Source: an uncultured Thermoleophilia bacterium (lineage in GTDB: Bacteria; Actinomycetota; Thermoleophilia; UBA2241). Taken from it: DNA of 64,000 nt. Below are positions 1 to 11,340 of the stretch, piece after piece. The notes beneath the pieces are model-generated. The model was not told the origin of the DNA, made no database searches, and saw nothing but the letters and a program-made list of their open reading frames with translations. Every line of letters begins with the position of its first letter. The first letter of the stretch is position 1. The position numbers were made by a program, and so were the translations under genes. Location: assembly GCA_963715985.1 (NCBI GenBank), contig CAVQSP010000009.1:106749-170748 (forward strand), given 5' to 3'.

Positions 1-1502
1 TGCGCGGCAGGACCGCGGCGTCGTAGGGGTCGTTGGGATAGTCGAGCACGTTCGACAGCATCTGCGGGACGGTGCAGTGGATGTTGCCGGGCGAGCCCAG
101 CGAGAGCCACGGCCGGCCGTCCTTCATGACGATCGGTGCTGCTGATGACGGATCGCATCCGGCTGCCCGGCAGACCGAGCCAGCCGCTGATGAAGTAGTC
201 CATGGCGAACTTGACGTGGCTGCCCGCCATGGGGACCCCGTCGACGACCATGCCGGGGATGCCGCCGGACTGCAGCGTGTTCATCATCTGCACCCAGTTG
301 CCGTCCGCGTCCACGCACGTGAGCTCGCAGCTCCCGGCAGGCTGCTTCTTCGCCGTGTCCGGCCCCGGCGACTGCCAGCCGAAGGCGCGCAGAAGCGCAG
401 GGTCGCCGGTGAGCTCGACGTGGCGGGTGAGGTCGACGCCGTCCTTGGGCCGCGAGCGGCGCAGGATCGTCGCGAGGCTCGCGTGGTAGTCGTCCGACAT
501 CCAGACGTCGAGCGGCACGTCGAAGAACTCCGGGTCGTGCAGGTGACCCAGTTCGAAGTGCGCGCGACGAAGGGCCTGGCCCATGTAGTAGAGGCTCTCG
601 GCGGACTCGGAGTAGTGGCCGAGCTCGCTCACGCCGAGGTGCCGCAGGATGCCCAGCACGAGGCAGCAGTACACGCCCTGACGTTCGGGCGGCGGCGGCT
701 GGAGTATCTCGTAGTCCCCGTGCCGGTAGCGCAGCGGCTCGGCCCATCGCGGCGGCGCCGCCGTGAGATCCCCGAGCTCGATCTGCCAGCCCAGCCGGTT
801 CGCGGTCTCGACGAAGTGCCGCGCCCAGTCGCCGGTGGTGAAGTAGTCGGGTCCCTCCTCGGCGAGACGCCGCAGCGTGACGGCGAGCGCGGGGTTGCGC
901 AGCTTCTCGCCGACCGACGGTGTGAACCCGTCCGGCGCGTAGAGCTCGCGCATCGCCGGGAAGTAGGTGTTGCCCTCGAGCTCCCACTCGAGGATCGCGC
1001 GTGTGAACTCGTCGACCGGGAACCCGTCCTCTGCCCACGGGATCGCGGGCTCGACCAGTGCCTTCCACGGCTTCGAGCCGAAACGCTCGTGAAGCGCGGC
1101 GACGCCGGGCATGAACCCCGGCAGGCAGGCCATCGGCTCGCCCTGGGCGAGGCCGTCCATCCCCGGGGGAAAGGTGCGGAACGGCGGCAGCGTCGGGTGC
1201 AGCGTGCCCATGCTGTTGAGGTAGTGCGTCGTACCCGTCCGCGCGTCGAAGTACAGGGCACAGACGGTCCCGGTGTGGTTCGTCATGTCGATCTGCACGG
1301 TCGCCTGCGTGAGGCAGCCGGCGACGGCGGCGTCGGCCGCGTTGCCGCCGGCGCGCAGCACGTCGAGCATCGTCTGCGTCACGATCGGGCTCTGGCTGCT
1401 GGCGACGGCGCGCTTGCCGCGTACCACCTCTTTCGGTCCCTGGCGCGGGAGCAGTGACGACGCCGGGGTGGGGCCGGCACGCGGGGCAGATGGGTCGCTC
1501 AC
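1..1502 (-). CDS. Gamma-glutamyltransferase-family Ntn hydrolase (runs off the window; non-canonical nucleophile)
   Basis: Own translation: GTG at 1502 overlaps the upstream TGA. N-terminus ...AVASSQSPIVTQTMLDVLRAGGNAADAAVAG is typical of GGT; the small-subunit start region reads GSCELTCVDADGNWV. Confidence 0.85.
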   Translation of the reverse strand, partial: MSDPSAPRAGPTPASSLLPRQGPKEVVRGKRAVASSQSPIVTQTMLDVLRAGGNAADAAVAGCLTQATVQIDMTNHTGTVCALYFDARTGTTHYLNSMGTLHPTLPPFRTFPPGMDGLAQGEPMACLPGFMPGVAALHERFGSKPWKALVEPAIPWAEDGFPVDEFTRAILEWELEGNTYFPAMRELYAPDGFTPSVGEKLRNPALAVTLRRLAEEGPDYFTTGDWARHFVETANRLGWQIELGDLTAAPPRWAEPLRYRHGDYEILQPPPPERQGVYCCLVLGILRHLGVSELGHYSESAESLYYMGQALRRAHFELGHLHDPEFFDVPLDVWMSDDYHASLATILRRSRPKDGVDLTRHVELTGDPALLRAFGWQSPGPDTAKKQPAGSCELTCVDADGNWVQMMNTLQSGGIPGMVVDGVPMAGSHVKFAMDYFISGWLGLPGSRMRSVISSTDRHEGRPAVALAGLARQHPLHRPADAVERARLSQRPLRRRGPAA

Positions 1503-2803
1503 GACTCAGCCTTCGGTGCCTGGACCGGAGCCGGCCCGCGCTCCGCCAGGAGGTCGCCGTCGCTGCGGCAGGCGACCCCGGCCTTGAACACCTCGCGGAC
1601 CGTCCCCTTGTCGCGGAACACGGTGATGTCCGAGGGGTCCACGCCGAGCACGATGGCGTCGAAGACGTAGCCGGGCGCGATGCGCCCGTAGCGGTCGCCG
1701 ACGCCGCAGAGCTCGGCGCCGCTCGACGTGGCGGCCAGCAGGGTCTCCTCGACCGTGAGGCCGGCCTCGTGCAGCAGCGCGAGCTCCTCGAGGTTGCGGC
1801 CGTGCTGGCGGCGGTCGATCCAGTCGCAGCCGCTGGCGATGCGCACGCCCGCCTCCCGTGCGATGCGCACGCACTCACCGAACGAGTCGCGCAGCTCCAG
1901 CACCTTCTTGATGGCGTAGGAGGGGGCGGCCACCGACTCCTCGCTCCGCTGGGAGAGAGCCGTGTCGATCAGATCGTTGACGATGGACAGCGTCGGCACC
2001 AGCCAGCAGCCGGCCGCCGCCATCGCCTCTGCCTGGCTCTCGGTCAGCATGGTGCCGTGCTCGATCGAACGGATCCCGCAGGCGACGGCCAGGTCGATGC
2101 CCTCGCCGGCGATGGCGTGGCTCATGACCGGCTTGCCGCGCCGGCCGGCCTCGAAGACGGCGGTGGCGACCTCCTCGGCGGTGAAGCTCGTGTCCCACGG
2201 AGTGTCGTGGGGAGAGACCACGCCGCCGCTCGTGCAGAGCTTGATGCAGTCGGCGCCGTCGCGCAGCAGGCGTCGCACGGTGACGCGCATGTCGTCGACG
2301 CCGTCGACGGTGGTCAGGAGGTGGCCGAGGACCGGGTCGGGGTCCACGCCGACGCGCTCGGAGTAGGTGTCGCCGTGGCCGCCCGTCTGGCTGAGCAGGA
2401 TGATCGCGACCTGCAGCCGCGGCCCGGTGACGAGTCCCTCCTCCACGGCGCGCTTGACGCCGGCGTCCGCACCTCCGGCGTCGCGCACGAAGGTGACCCC
2501 GGCGTCCAGCGTCTTGCGCAGGTTCACGGCCGTCTCCAGGGTGGAGTACGAGAGCGGGGTGCGCAGCAGTTCCCGCTCATCCACCGTGGACGATGCCATG
2601 TGGGCATGGCAGTCGAAGACGCCGGGCATCAGCCAGAGACCGCGCAGATCGTAGGCCGGCGCGTCCGCCGGCCCTTTCGCGGAACGGCCGATCCCGGTCA
2701 CGACGCCGTCCTCGACGACGACGGCGGTCTCCTCCGAGAAGCCGCCGTCCTCTTCCAGGACGCGGACGTTGTGCAGCGTGAACGTGGAGCCGTTGGGTGA
2801 CAT
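1499..2803 (-). CDS. Metal-dependent amidohydrolase (prolidase/Xaa-Pro dipeptidase-like)
   Basis: MPGVFDCHAH, AGVTFVRDAGG, SQTGGHGD, GADCIKLC, SIEHG motifs; AAGGAG RBS before ATG 2803. Confidence 0.88.
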   Translation of the reverse strand: MSPNGSTFTLHNVRVLEEDGGFSEETAVVVEDGVVTGIGRSAKGPADAPAYDLRGLWLMPGVFDCHAHMASSTVDERELLRTPLSYSTLETAVNLRKTLDAGVTFVRDAGGADAGVKRAVEEGLVTGPRLQVAIILLSQTGGHGDTYSERVGVDPDPVLGHLLTTVDGVDDMRVTVRRLLRDGADCIKLCTSGGVVSPHDTPWDTSFTAEEVATAVFEAGRRGKPVMSHAIAGEGIDLAVACGIRSIEHGTMLTESQAEAMAAAGCWLVPTLSIVNDLIDTALSQRSEESVAAPSYAIKKVLELRDSFGECVRIAREAGVRIASGCDWIDRRQHGRNLEELALLHEAGLTVEETLLAATSSGAELCGVGDRYGRIAPGYVFDAIVLGVDPSDITVFRDKGTVREVFKAGVACRSDGDLLAERGPAPVQAPKAES

Positions 2804-2823
2804 AGCTGCTCCTTGAGGGGGTG

Positions 2824-4921
2824 TCATGGGCCGTCACCGCCGTCCGGGGACGGCATGCTGAGCCCGAGCTTACGCATCAGGAACCCGAGCCACTCCGCGA
2901 CCTGGTCGGGGTCGGTGCCCACGCTGAGATGGCCGCCGTCCGGGCGAGCACGCAGGAGGATCTCGTTGCCGGACGTTGCCAGCTGCTGGAGGCGCGCCGC
3001 GAGCTTGCGCGCGTGCCAGGGCTGGCAGCGCGAATCGTTCTCGCCGGTCCACACGAGGACGGGCGGGTAGGCGGCCTCCTTCAGGTTCTGGTAGGGCGAC
3101 CACCGGGCCAACGCCTGCGCTCCCTCGGGCGACTTCGGATCACCGTAGTCGATGACCGTGGCCCCGTACCCGAACGGATCCAGGGACGGGCTGAGCAGGT
3201 CGGCGAGGGGCACCTGCACGCAGACGGCGCCCCACAGCTCCGGCCGCTGCGCCAGTGCCGCCGCCGTCAGCACTCCGCCGTTGGACTCACCCACGAGGCC
3301 GAGCTGAGCCTGGGTGGTGACGCCCTGCGCGACCAGCCACTCCGCCACCGCGAACAGGTCGTCGAAGGTGCCCTGTTTGTGCTCCAGGCGTCCCTCGTGC
3401 CACTGGCGCTCGCCGAACTCGCCGCCGCCCCGCAGGTGCAGGATGCCGACCACGCCGCCGGCGAGCACGAAGGGAGCCAGCTTGCCGAGGTAGGTAGGGA
3501 CGAAGGCGATGCTGAAGCCGCCGTAGCCGTACAGGAGCGTGGGGTGCGGCCGCGACGTGTCGAGGTCGCGCGGCCGGACCAGCGTGACCGTCACCTCGCG
3601 GCCGTCCGCGGCAACGGCCGTCCGCAGCTCGTCCACGACATCATCGAGGACCAGCGCGGGAGGCTGGACGAGCGTGAGCTGCCGGGAGGGGACGTCGTAC
3701 TGATAGGCGGCCGGTGAGCGGCCCGGCGAGGCGAACGTGAAGGTGAACGAATCGCCGCAGACGACGACGCTGTCGCCCTCCATCGGGGGCATCACCTTGT
3801 AGTGGGCGCTCATGGCGTGCTCCGCCACGACCCCGCGCCCCGGCAGCGGCAGCTCGTCGACGAGCGTCATGCCCGCGTCGAAGATGCGGACGCGCGCGGC
3901 CGCCCGAGCCAGGCCGCAGACCACGTAGTGCCCGGCGACGAGGTCGATGGTCAGCAGGACCTCGTCGGACTCCGGCAGCAGCTCCTTCCAGGTCGAGCGA
4001 TCGTGGGCCGACTCGAGCGGCAGGCGCACGACGCGACCGCGCGGGGCGCCCTCGGTGGTGACCGCGACGTAGTCGTCGCCGTCCACGAAGCCGTAGGCGC
4101 GGCCCTGCCTTGCGGTCCTCGAGGACCTCGAACCACTCCCCGTCCGGCAGGCGGCGCGCGAGCCAGATGCGGCCCCCGAAGCGCTCGCTGACCAGCGTGA
4201 GCCAGCGCCCGTCCGCGGAGACCTGCGGGTAGCCGCCGGGCGGGTCGCCGACGGCCGACGCGGAAGCCGAGCGCCGCCAGGGAGTCGCGCGCTCGGCTCG
4301 CTCCTCGTCCACCGCGAGGAAGAGCAGGTCGCGCGGCTCGTCCCCCAGGTAAGTCGCCTGCGGGGAAGTAGCAGCCGCTCGAGTCGGGCAGCCACGCCAC
4401 GCGCGAGAACCACGTCTCCGGGACGGCCACGGGGAGCACCTCCTCGCGCTCCACGTCGAGCAGGCGCAGGACGCACTGTTCGTCGCCGCCCCCGGAGATG
4501 CCGAAGGCGACGTAGCGGCCGTCCGGCGAGGGGAAGAACCAGTCGAGGGAGGCCGGCCGGCCGGGCTCCGAGAACGCGTCGGCCGTCAGGATCGCGCGCC
4601 AGGGGCCCGCAGGGCCGGAGGCGCGCTCGAGCCGCTCGCCGCCCTCGCCGTGGGCGAGGCGGATCCAGCGGTCGCCGCTGCCGTGCGGGGCGCTCACGAA
4701 CGTCGAGCCCACGTGTTGTCTCCAGGGAGCGCCTGAGCTCGTCGAACCCCTCGACGTCGCCGCAAGGCGCGCTCCGCGACGGCGTTCTGCGCCGCCTGCC
4801 AGGCGAGCGTCTCGGGGCTGTCCTCCTCCAGCCAGGAGAAGGGGTCCTCGTACGTCACGCCGGCGGCGTCCACGCGGACCGGCCGCGGCTCCGCCTTCGG
4901 CGCCTCATCTCCCAGCAGCAT
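2824..4921 (-). CDS. Prolyl oligopeptidase (S9A) copy 1, several apparent frameshifts
   Basis: EDPFSWLE N-terminus, SPDGRY propeller, LYGYGGF, RGGGEFGERQWH, GESNGG, D-SRC and GGH catalytic motifs spread over 3-4 frames. Confidence 0.85.
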
Positions 4922-4963
4922 CTCGCTCCCCTTGTCGTCGGACTCCGCCCCGTGTGCTCGCCT

Positions 4964-5706
4964 TCATTGGGGTCGTTCACCGGCCAGCCATCCGCCGTCG
5001 ACGGGCACGTAGGCGCCGGTCATGTACGACGAGTCGTCGCAGGTGAGGAACTGCACGACGGACGCGATCTCCTCGGGCCGGCCGTAGCGGCCGAGGGCGG
5101 CGCGGCGGCCGTAGTAGGCGATGCGCTCCGGACTGGCGAAGCCGGCCGCGTTCATCGGCGTGTCGATGACGCCGGGGCCCACGACGTTGACCCGGATGCC
5201 GTAGCGGCCCCAGTCGATGGCGAGGCCACGGCCGAGCTGCAGGACCGCGCCCTTCGACGTCACGTACGCGACCTGGCCGGGCATCGCGATCTGTGAGTTG
5301 ATCGAGCCCAGCAAGACGATGCTCCCGCCTGCCCGCGCCCGATGAGGTGACGCCCCACGGCGCGGGCCATGAAGAAGCACCCGTCCACGTTCACGCGCTG
5401 CACGCGGTGCCAGGTGTCGTCGTCCATCTCGTGCGCCGGACCGGTCAGCTCGATCCCTGCGGCAGCCACGAGGTGATCCACGTGACCGAGCTGCTCCACG
5501 GCCGCCATCACGGCCGCGTCGCACTCCGCCGAGGAGGCGACATCGACGACGAGGCCCAGCGCCGCGCCGATCTCGGCGGCGAGACGAGGGGTGTCGGGCG
5601 ACAGGTCGGCGCAGACCACGCGGTCGCCTCGTGCGACGAGGCGGCGGGCGCAGGCCAGGCCGATGCCTGAGGCGGCGCCGGTGACGAGGGTGACGACGTC
5701 GCTCAC
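4964..5706 (-). CDS. SDR-family oxidoreductase (frameshift ~5335)
   Basis: TGAASGIG, YVTSK and IRVNVVGPG motifs in two frames. Confidence 0.85.
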
Positions 5707-7482
5707 GGCGCGCCCGTCGGCAGTATCAGGCGCGGCGCCGAGGCGGCGTCGTGGAGGATGCGCACGTGCGCCGCCGGGGCGTCGGCGGGCCGGCCGTGCC
5801 CGTACGGCGTCAGCTGGATCGCGTAGGCGTGGCGGATCGCCAGGCGCAGGCGGCTGCCGGCCTGCACGGTGCGCGTGCACCACTTGAACTCGCGGAACGT
5901 GACGTCGGTGGGCTCGCCCGGCACCAGGTAGTGGTGCGTGCCGTCGAGGTGGCGGCAGCTCAGTCGCAGCGCGTCGCTGCTGAGGAAGATCGAGTCGCCC
6001 ATCGGCGTGATCTCGTGCAGCAGCACCACGAGATCGGCGTCGGGCTGGTCGCACACCAGGCGCACGTGCAGTTCGGGCTCGCCGACGATGGTGATGTCCG
6101 TCGGTGAGGATGCGCGACGTGTACACCACACCCTGGCCGTCGAGGTCGAGCACGAGACGGGGATTGGTGGGGTCGTTGCCGGCTACGGACATGAGGAAGT
6201 TGTTCATCGGCTGGCCGTGGAACGGCGACTCTGGTCCGCTGCCCGCGGGTCGTGGCTGCAACTCGGCCTCGTGCGTGCGCATGTCGAACGGGTCGCACGT
6301 GAAGGTGGCGTCGGGGCTTGCCGCCGGTGCGTCCTCGACGAAGCCGGAGTGGGTGGCATCCATCGGCCCGTCGGCAGAGCGCAGGTACTTGGTGACGCTT
6401 CCGGTGGTGGCTTGCTCGAGCGACGAAGCCGAGATCCAGCGCTCGGCGCCGGCGAGGTACAACATCACCCGGTCGCGCAGGAACTCGGGCGCCGGCGCGC
6501 CGTGCAGGATGTGGCGCAGCCAGTCGCGGCGCAGTTCGGGCAGGTTCACGGCGGCATCCGGCCCGAAGACCAGTTCGCCCACCTTGCCCTCGCCGAAGTG
6601 CGTGGCCATGTGGTCCCACGGGCCCACCACGAGGTGGCTCGCGGCGACCACGTCGGCAGGTGCGTGCCGGACGAACCGCCGCCAGTTGTGGATCGTGCCG
6701 CCGCTGCTGTCGTCGTACATGCCGGTGATCGACAGCACGGGCACGGTGGTGGCTGCGAGCTGCTCGGGCTGCGCCCAGTAGACCTCCCAACGCGGCCCGG
6801 GCTCGGCGTGGTCGACCGGCTCGAGGACCCACTCGTCCAAGGGGGCGCCTGCTGCGACCGCTGCCTCAACCAGCGAAGTGCCGGCAACCGCTGCATCGTA
6901 GAGGTGGCGGTGCCAGTGGGCGATGTCGCCGGCGATGGTGAACTGCGTGCCGCGGTTGCTGACCAGGCGCCGCCAGCCGAAGTCGTACAGCGCCGGGATG
7001 CCGCCGCGCGGCAGGTCGACGCCGAAGCCGCTGGTCGAGTCGGGCGTGATCGCCTTCAGCGACGGCGGCGCAGCGGCCAGGATGAGGTACTGGTTGACGC
7101 CCGTGTACGAGCCGCCGTGCAAGGCCACCTTGCCGTCGCACCAGTCCTGCGCGGCGATCCACTCGACCGCGTCGTAGCCGTCGCTCGCGTCGCGCAGGAA
7201 CGGCACGAAGTCGCCGTCGCTGTTGCCCCGGCCGCGCACGTCGATGGCCACGTAGGCGAAGCCCTCCGCCGCCCAGAACACGCCGTCCTCGTTGAGGTGG
7301 TCGACGCCGTAGGGAGTGAGCTCCATCACGGCGCTCACCGGCTCGGTGTGGCCCCGGGGCCGCCACACCGCGGCGTGCAGCGAGAGGCCGTCGCGCAGCG
7401 GGATGCGCACGCCGATCGCCGTGAACGCCGACTGCGATCGAGGGGCGGGGCTCTTCAGACTGCTGTGTACGGGCATGGTCAT
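5703..7482 (-). CDS. CocE/NonD-family serine hydrolase (S15), frameshift ~6105
   Basis: TPYG, DVRGRGNSDG, GGSY nucleophile elbow, GPWDH; the C-terminal PepX_C-like domain is in a second frame. Confidence 0.88.
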
Positions 7483-8438
7483 TCCCTCCGGTCGCGGCCG
7501 CCGACGACCCCTGCCTCGACGCGCGCGAGGAAGTCGGCGACGAGCACCATGGTCCGTGTCTCCTCCTCGGAGTGGCAGCTGTGCGAGCTCTCCTCGAGGA
7601 TGTGCCATTCCGAGCCTGCGATGCCGTCGTGCAACGAGCGCATCACCGCCGGGGTGGCTTCGTCGTAGCGGCCCGAGAGCAGCAGCGTGGGCGCTGTGAC
7701 CTCGCCGAGGCGCGGCCTGACGTCCCAGGCATCGAACTCCGCCGGCGCGCCCCCGGTCGGGAACTCGGCGCCGCCGGTCATCACGTCGTACACACGGTGG
7801 TCGTGCTCGAACGACGCGAGTGCGAGCGTCTCCCACTCGGGAGGGTGGTCCATCCGCAGGACGTGCCTGCGTTCCCACACCGCATATGCCGCCTTGAACG
7901 CTTCGCTGTCCTGGCGGCCGGCGGCCTGCTCCGCGTCGAGTACGGTGAGCACGTCCGCGGGCAGTTCGCCGCGCAGCCGCAGGGTCTCGCGGTTCCACTC
8001 CTCCATGCTGGCCGGGCCGCTCTCGAGCACGAGACTGCGCACACCGCTGGCGCCCGACAGCACGTGTTCCATGGCCAGCATGCATCCCCACGACTGGCCG
8101 ATCAGGTGCACCTCGCGCAGGTCGAGCGCCTCGCGCAGCGCAGCGAGCTCGCGACGGAACAGGTCGATGGAGAACACGCCGGAGCGCGCGAAGCACTCGT
8201 CGGGCACGGGCGAACGGCCGCTCCCGATCTGATCGTAGCGGATGACCCGGCGACCCGTTGCGGCGAGAGTCTCGAACGGGCGGAGATACTCGCTGTTGTA
8301 TCCGGGGCCGCCGTGCAGGAGCAGCACCGGAGGCCGGTCGTCGTCATCGCCCACGATGCGACACCACGTGCCGCCGAGCTCCGGCAGAAGGGCGAGGACC
8401 TGCTCCGTGACGGGGCCGGCGGGAATCGGGTCGTTCAT
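7479..8438 (-). CDS. Proline iminopeptidase / L-amino-acid amidase family hydrolase
   Basis: LLHGGPG, YDQIGSGRS, GQSWG, GRYDEATP, SSH motifs. Confidence 0.88.
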   Translation of the reverse strand: MNDPIPAGPVTEQVLALLPELGGTWCRIVGDDDDRPPVLLLHGGPGYNSEYLRPFETLAATGRRVIRYDQIGSGRSPVPDECFARSGVFSIDLFRRELAALREALDLREVHLIGQSWGCMLAMEHVLSGASGVRSLVLESGPASMEEWNRETLRLRGELPADVLTVLDAEQAAGRQDSEAFKAAYAVWERRHVLRMDHPPEWETLALASFEHDHRVYDVMTGGAEFPTGGAPAEFDAWDVRPRLGEVTAPTLLLSGRYDEATPAVMRSLHDGIAGSEWHILEESSHSCHSEEETRTMVLVADFLARVEAGVVGGRDRRE

Positions 8439-8461
8439 GGCGTCCAACCGTTCCCGAGGGC

Positions 8462-9853
8462 CTACAGGTAGGGCCTGATCCGCCGCGCCGCCGCCGCGCA
8501 GGCCTGCGCGAGGCGCTCCATGTCCGCCTCGGTGTGCGCGGTGCTCGCGGCGCAACAGCCGTAGAGCACGTAGACGTCTTCCAGCAGCAGGGCGAGGTGC
8601 AGGATCTTGTGGCTGAGCTCCACGTCGCTCAGATCGGGGTCGTGGAGCACGTGCGGGCGGTCGAGCGGCGCGCTCGGATCGTGGGGGAAGTGGAGGCCGG
8701 TCAGCGAGCTGCCGATGCCCGCCTCGTCGCGCCCGCCCGTGCACCGCGCCTCCACGCCTCCGGCGGCGAAGCCTTCCGCGATCCGCCGGCGCATGACGTC
8801 ACCCAGCGCGGCGAGCCGCGGGTACACCTCGGCCTCGTGCTCGCGCAGGTAGGAGACCATCGTCTTCGCGGCGAGCAGCGAGGCGGGGTGTGCCGAGTAC
8901 GTGCCGCCGGTGAAGGCGACGCGGTTGCCGCCTGCCTCGCCGCAGAGGGCCATGACCTCGTCGCGGCCGGCGACGGCGGCCACCGGCATGCCGCCGCCGA
9001 CGATCTTGCCGACGGTGACGAGGTCGGGGCGGATGCCGTAGAGGGAGCCGAGGTCGCCGGCGCAGAAGCGGAAGGCGCTGATGACCTCGTCGAAGATGAG
9101 CAGGACGCCGTGCCGCTCGCACAGCTCGCGCGCGGCGCGCAGGTACTCGGGATGCGCGAAGATGAAGCTCCCCGCGCCCGCGTGCGGCTCGACGATGAAG
9201 CAGGCCAGACGGTCGCCGTAGGCGCGGAAGTCCTCTTCGAGCGCCTCCAGCTCGTTGAAGCGCGTCAGCACCACTTCGTCCGCGACGCGCCCCGGCAGGC
9301 CCTCGCTCTCCGGCCCCCACGGCCGCGGCGGGCCCTGGTTGTAGACGCCGTTGAGGCCCCAGGGCTGGGCGCCGTGCCAGCCGGTGGCGACCTTGAGCAC
9401 CAGGTCGCGGCCCGTGAACGCCCTGGCCAGCATGATGGCGTACATGGTGGACAGCGAGCCACTCGTGGTGAAGCGGACCTTGTCGGCGTGCAGGCAGTCG
9501 CAGACCAGCTCGGCGGTCTCGATCTGCAACTCCTCGGTCTGCCCGAGCTGCAGGCCCGTGCCGCCCGCGAACGCCTCTGCCAGCACGGAGGTGACGACCT
9601 CCGGGTCGTTCCCGAGGATGTTGGCGAAGTGGCCCTGCCAGAAGTCGAGCAGGTCGTGACCGTCCACGTCGCGCACGAAGGCGCCCTGGGCGCTCTCGAT
9701 GCGCACGGGGAACGGGCGCGTCAGACGGAACCCGTGGCTGCCCCCGTCGACCATCACCCGTTCGGCCCTGACTGCGAGCTCCCCGGAGCGCGGGAAGCGC
9801 GCCGCGTACTCGCTGCTCAGGTGCTCGATCAGCCGCGTGTTGTCACGTCTCAT
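8462..9853 (-). CDS. Class III PLP aminotransferase (GSA aminomutase-like)
   Basis: DVDGHDLLDF, LLIFDEVI, GKIVGGGMP, GGTYSAHP; ATGA overlap at the start; TAG stop. Confidence 0.85.
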   Translation of the reverse strand: MRRDNTRLIEHLSSEYAARFPRSGELAVRAERVMVDGGSHGFRLTRPFPVRIESAQGAFVRDVDGHDLLDFWQGHFANILGNDPEVVTSVLAEAFAGGTGLQLGQTEELQIETAELVCDCLHADKVRFTTSGSLSTMYAIMLARAFTGRDLVLKVATGWHGAQPWGLNGVYNQGPPRPWGPESEGLPGRVADEVVLTRFNELEALEEDFRAYGDRLACFIVEPHAGAGSFIFAHPEYLRAARELCERHGVLLIFDEVISAFRFCAGDLGSLYGIRPDLVTVGKIVGGGMPVAAVAGRDEVMALCGEAGGNRVAFTGGTYSAHPASLLAAKTMVSYLREHEAEVYPRLAALGDVMRRRIAEGFAAGGVEARCTGGRDEAGIGSSLTGLHFPHDPSAPLDRPHVLHDPDLSDVELSHKILHLALLLEDVYVLYGCCAASTAHTEADMERLAQACAAAARRIRPYL

Positions 9854-11340
9854 GTCCGGCTCCATTCGCTCGGCCGGCCGCCCAGCGGGCGGGCGGGTCC
9901 GGTTCGGGATCGCGCGTGGGCGCGCCCGGGGAGGGCCGGGCGGCGCGCCCGGCCAGCGCCCCCACGTACACCCCATTGTGCACGGTGAGGACCCCTCGCA
10001 CGAACACCATGTGCACGCCGGCCGGCGGCGTCCGCGCAGCGCTCGGGCTCGTAGTCGGCCGTGTCCACGATCGTTGCGGGGTCGAAGACGACGAGATCGG
10101 CGTCGCGGCCGGCCGCCAGCACGCCCTTGCCGGCCAGGCGCAGGCGCCACGCGGGCAGCGCCGTCATCTTGAAGAGCGCCTCCTCGAGGTCGAACAGGCG
10201 CTCGTCGCGCACGAACGGTCCCAGCACCCTGGGGAACGTGCCGGCCATGCGCGGGTGACCGCGTGTGACGCCGTCCTCACCGACCTCCGGCATGCCGTCG
10301 CTGGCCACCATGCACCAGGGCTTGCGCAGGGCCGTGCTGACGGCTCGCCACGGGATGCCGTGGCCGACGACCGTCGTGTCCTCGGGTGCCGCACGCAGCT
10401 CCCGAAAGAGCTCGTCGGTGAGGCGCTCGCCGAGGTGCGGCCCGCTGATGACCTCGACATCGGCGAGATCCATCTCGTGGCGGGACCGCCAGTCGCCGTC
10501 GAAGACGGCGCTCTTCAGAAACGTCGACCAGGCATCGTAGGGGTAGCAGTCCGCGGTGACGTCAAGACCCTCGTCTCTGGCCTGCACGATCACGGCGAGC
10601 GTCTCCTCGATGGCGACGCCGGCGATGCTCGCCACGTGCGAGACCTGCACGGGGCAGCCGGCGGCGCGTCCCACGTCGACGACCTCGCGCACGGCCTCCG
10701 GGGCGCGGGCACCGGCGTGGCGCACGTGGGAGGCGACAGGGGCTCCGCGTGCGGCGGCCAGACGCGCCAGGGTCAGCTGCTCCTCGAAGGTCGTGCCCGG
10801 TGAGTACATCGGGCCGAACGAGACGCCGACGGCACCGGCCTCGAGGGAGGTCTCGACGAGAGCCTCGAGGCGCGCGAGCTGCACGGCCGAGAGAGGTCCG
10901 TACCCGTCGGCCTGGCCGGCCTCACGGCGCAGGGCCTGGGGCCCGACGTAGGAGGCGATGTTGCACTGCGCGCCCACCGCGTCGATCTCCGCCAGATACG
11001 CGCCGACGTCGCCCACCGACACGCCGCAGTTGCCGGTGACCACGGTCGTCACGCCCTGGCGCACGAAGACCTCGGGACCCGTGGAGCCGCCGCCGTCGAG
11101 GTGGGCGTGGATGTCGATGAAGCCGGGGGCGACCGTGCCGCCGCCGACATCGTGCACCTGGGTGACGCCGGGCCGCACGAGCGCATCCATCTCGGCGTCC
11201 GACCCCACGGCGAGGATGCGGGCCCCGTGCGCGGCCACGGCGGTCGCCTGCGGCCGCGCCGGGTCCATCGTCAGCACACGGCCGTTGCGCAGAACGAGGG
11301 TGGCCCAGCCGGGGCCGGGGCTGCCGTCCGGCGGCTTCAC
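9850..11340 (-). CDS. N-acyl-D-amino-acid deacylase family amidohydrolase (frameshift ~10040)
   Basis: PGFIDIHAH, QGVTTVVTGNCG, ASDG, HPRMAGTFPRVLG, DADLVVFDP. Confidence 0.85.
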   Translation of the reverse strand: MKPPDGSPGPGWATLVLRNGRVLTMDPARPQATAVAAHGARILAVGSDAEMDALVRPGVTQVHDVGGGTVAPGFIDIHAHLDGGGSTGPEVFVRQGVTTVVTGNCGVSVGDVGAYLAEIDAVGAQCNIASYVGPQALRREAGQADGYGPLSAVQLARLEALVETSLEAGAVGVSFGPMYSPGTTFEEQLTLARLAAARGAPVASHVRHAGARAPEAVREVVDVGRAAGCPVQVSHVASIAGVAIEETLAVIVQARDEGLDVTADCYPYDAWSTFLKSAVFDGDWRSRHEMDLADVEVISGPHLGERLTDELFRELRAAPEDTTVVGHGIPWRAVSTALRKPWCMVASDGMPEVGEDGVTRGHPRMAGTFPRVLGPFVRDERLFDLEEALFKMTALPAWRLRLAGKGVLAAGRDADLVVFDPATIVDTADYEPERCADAAGRRAHGVRARGPHRAQWGVRGGAGRARRPALPGRAHARSRTGPARPLGGRPSEWSRT

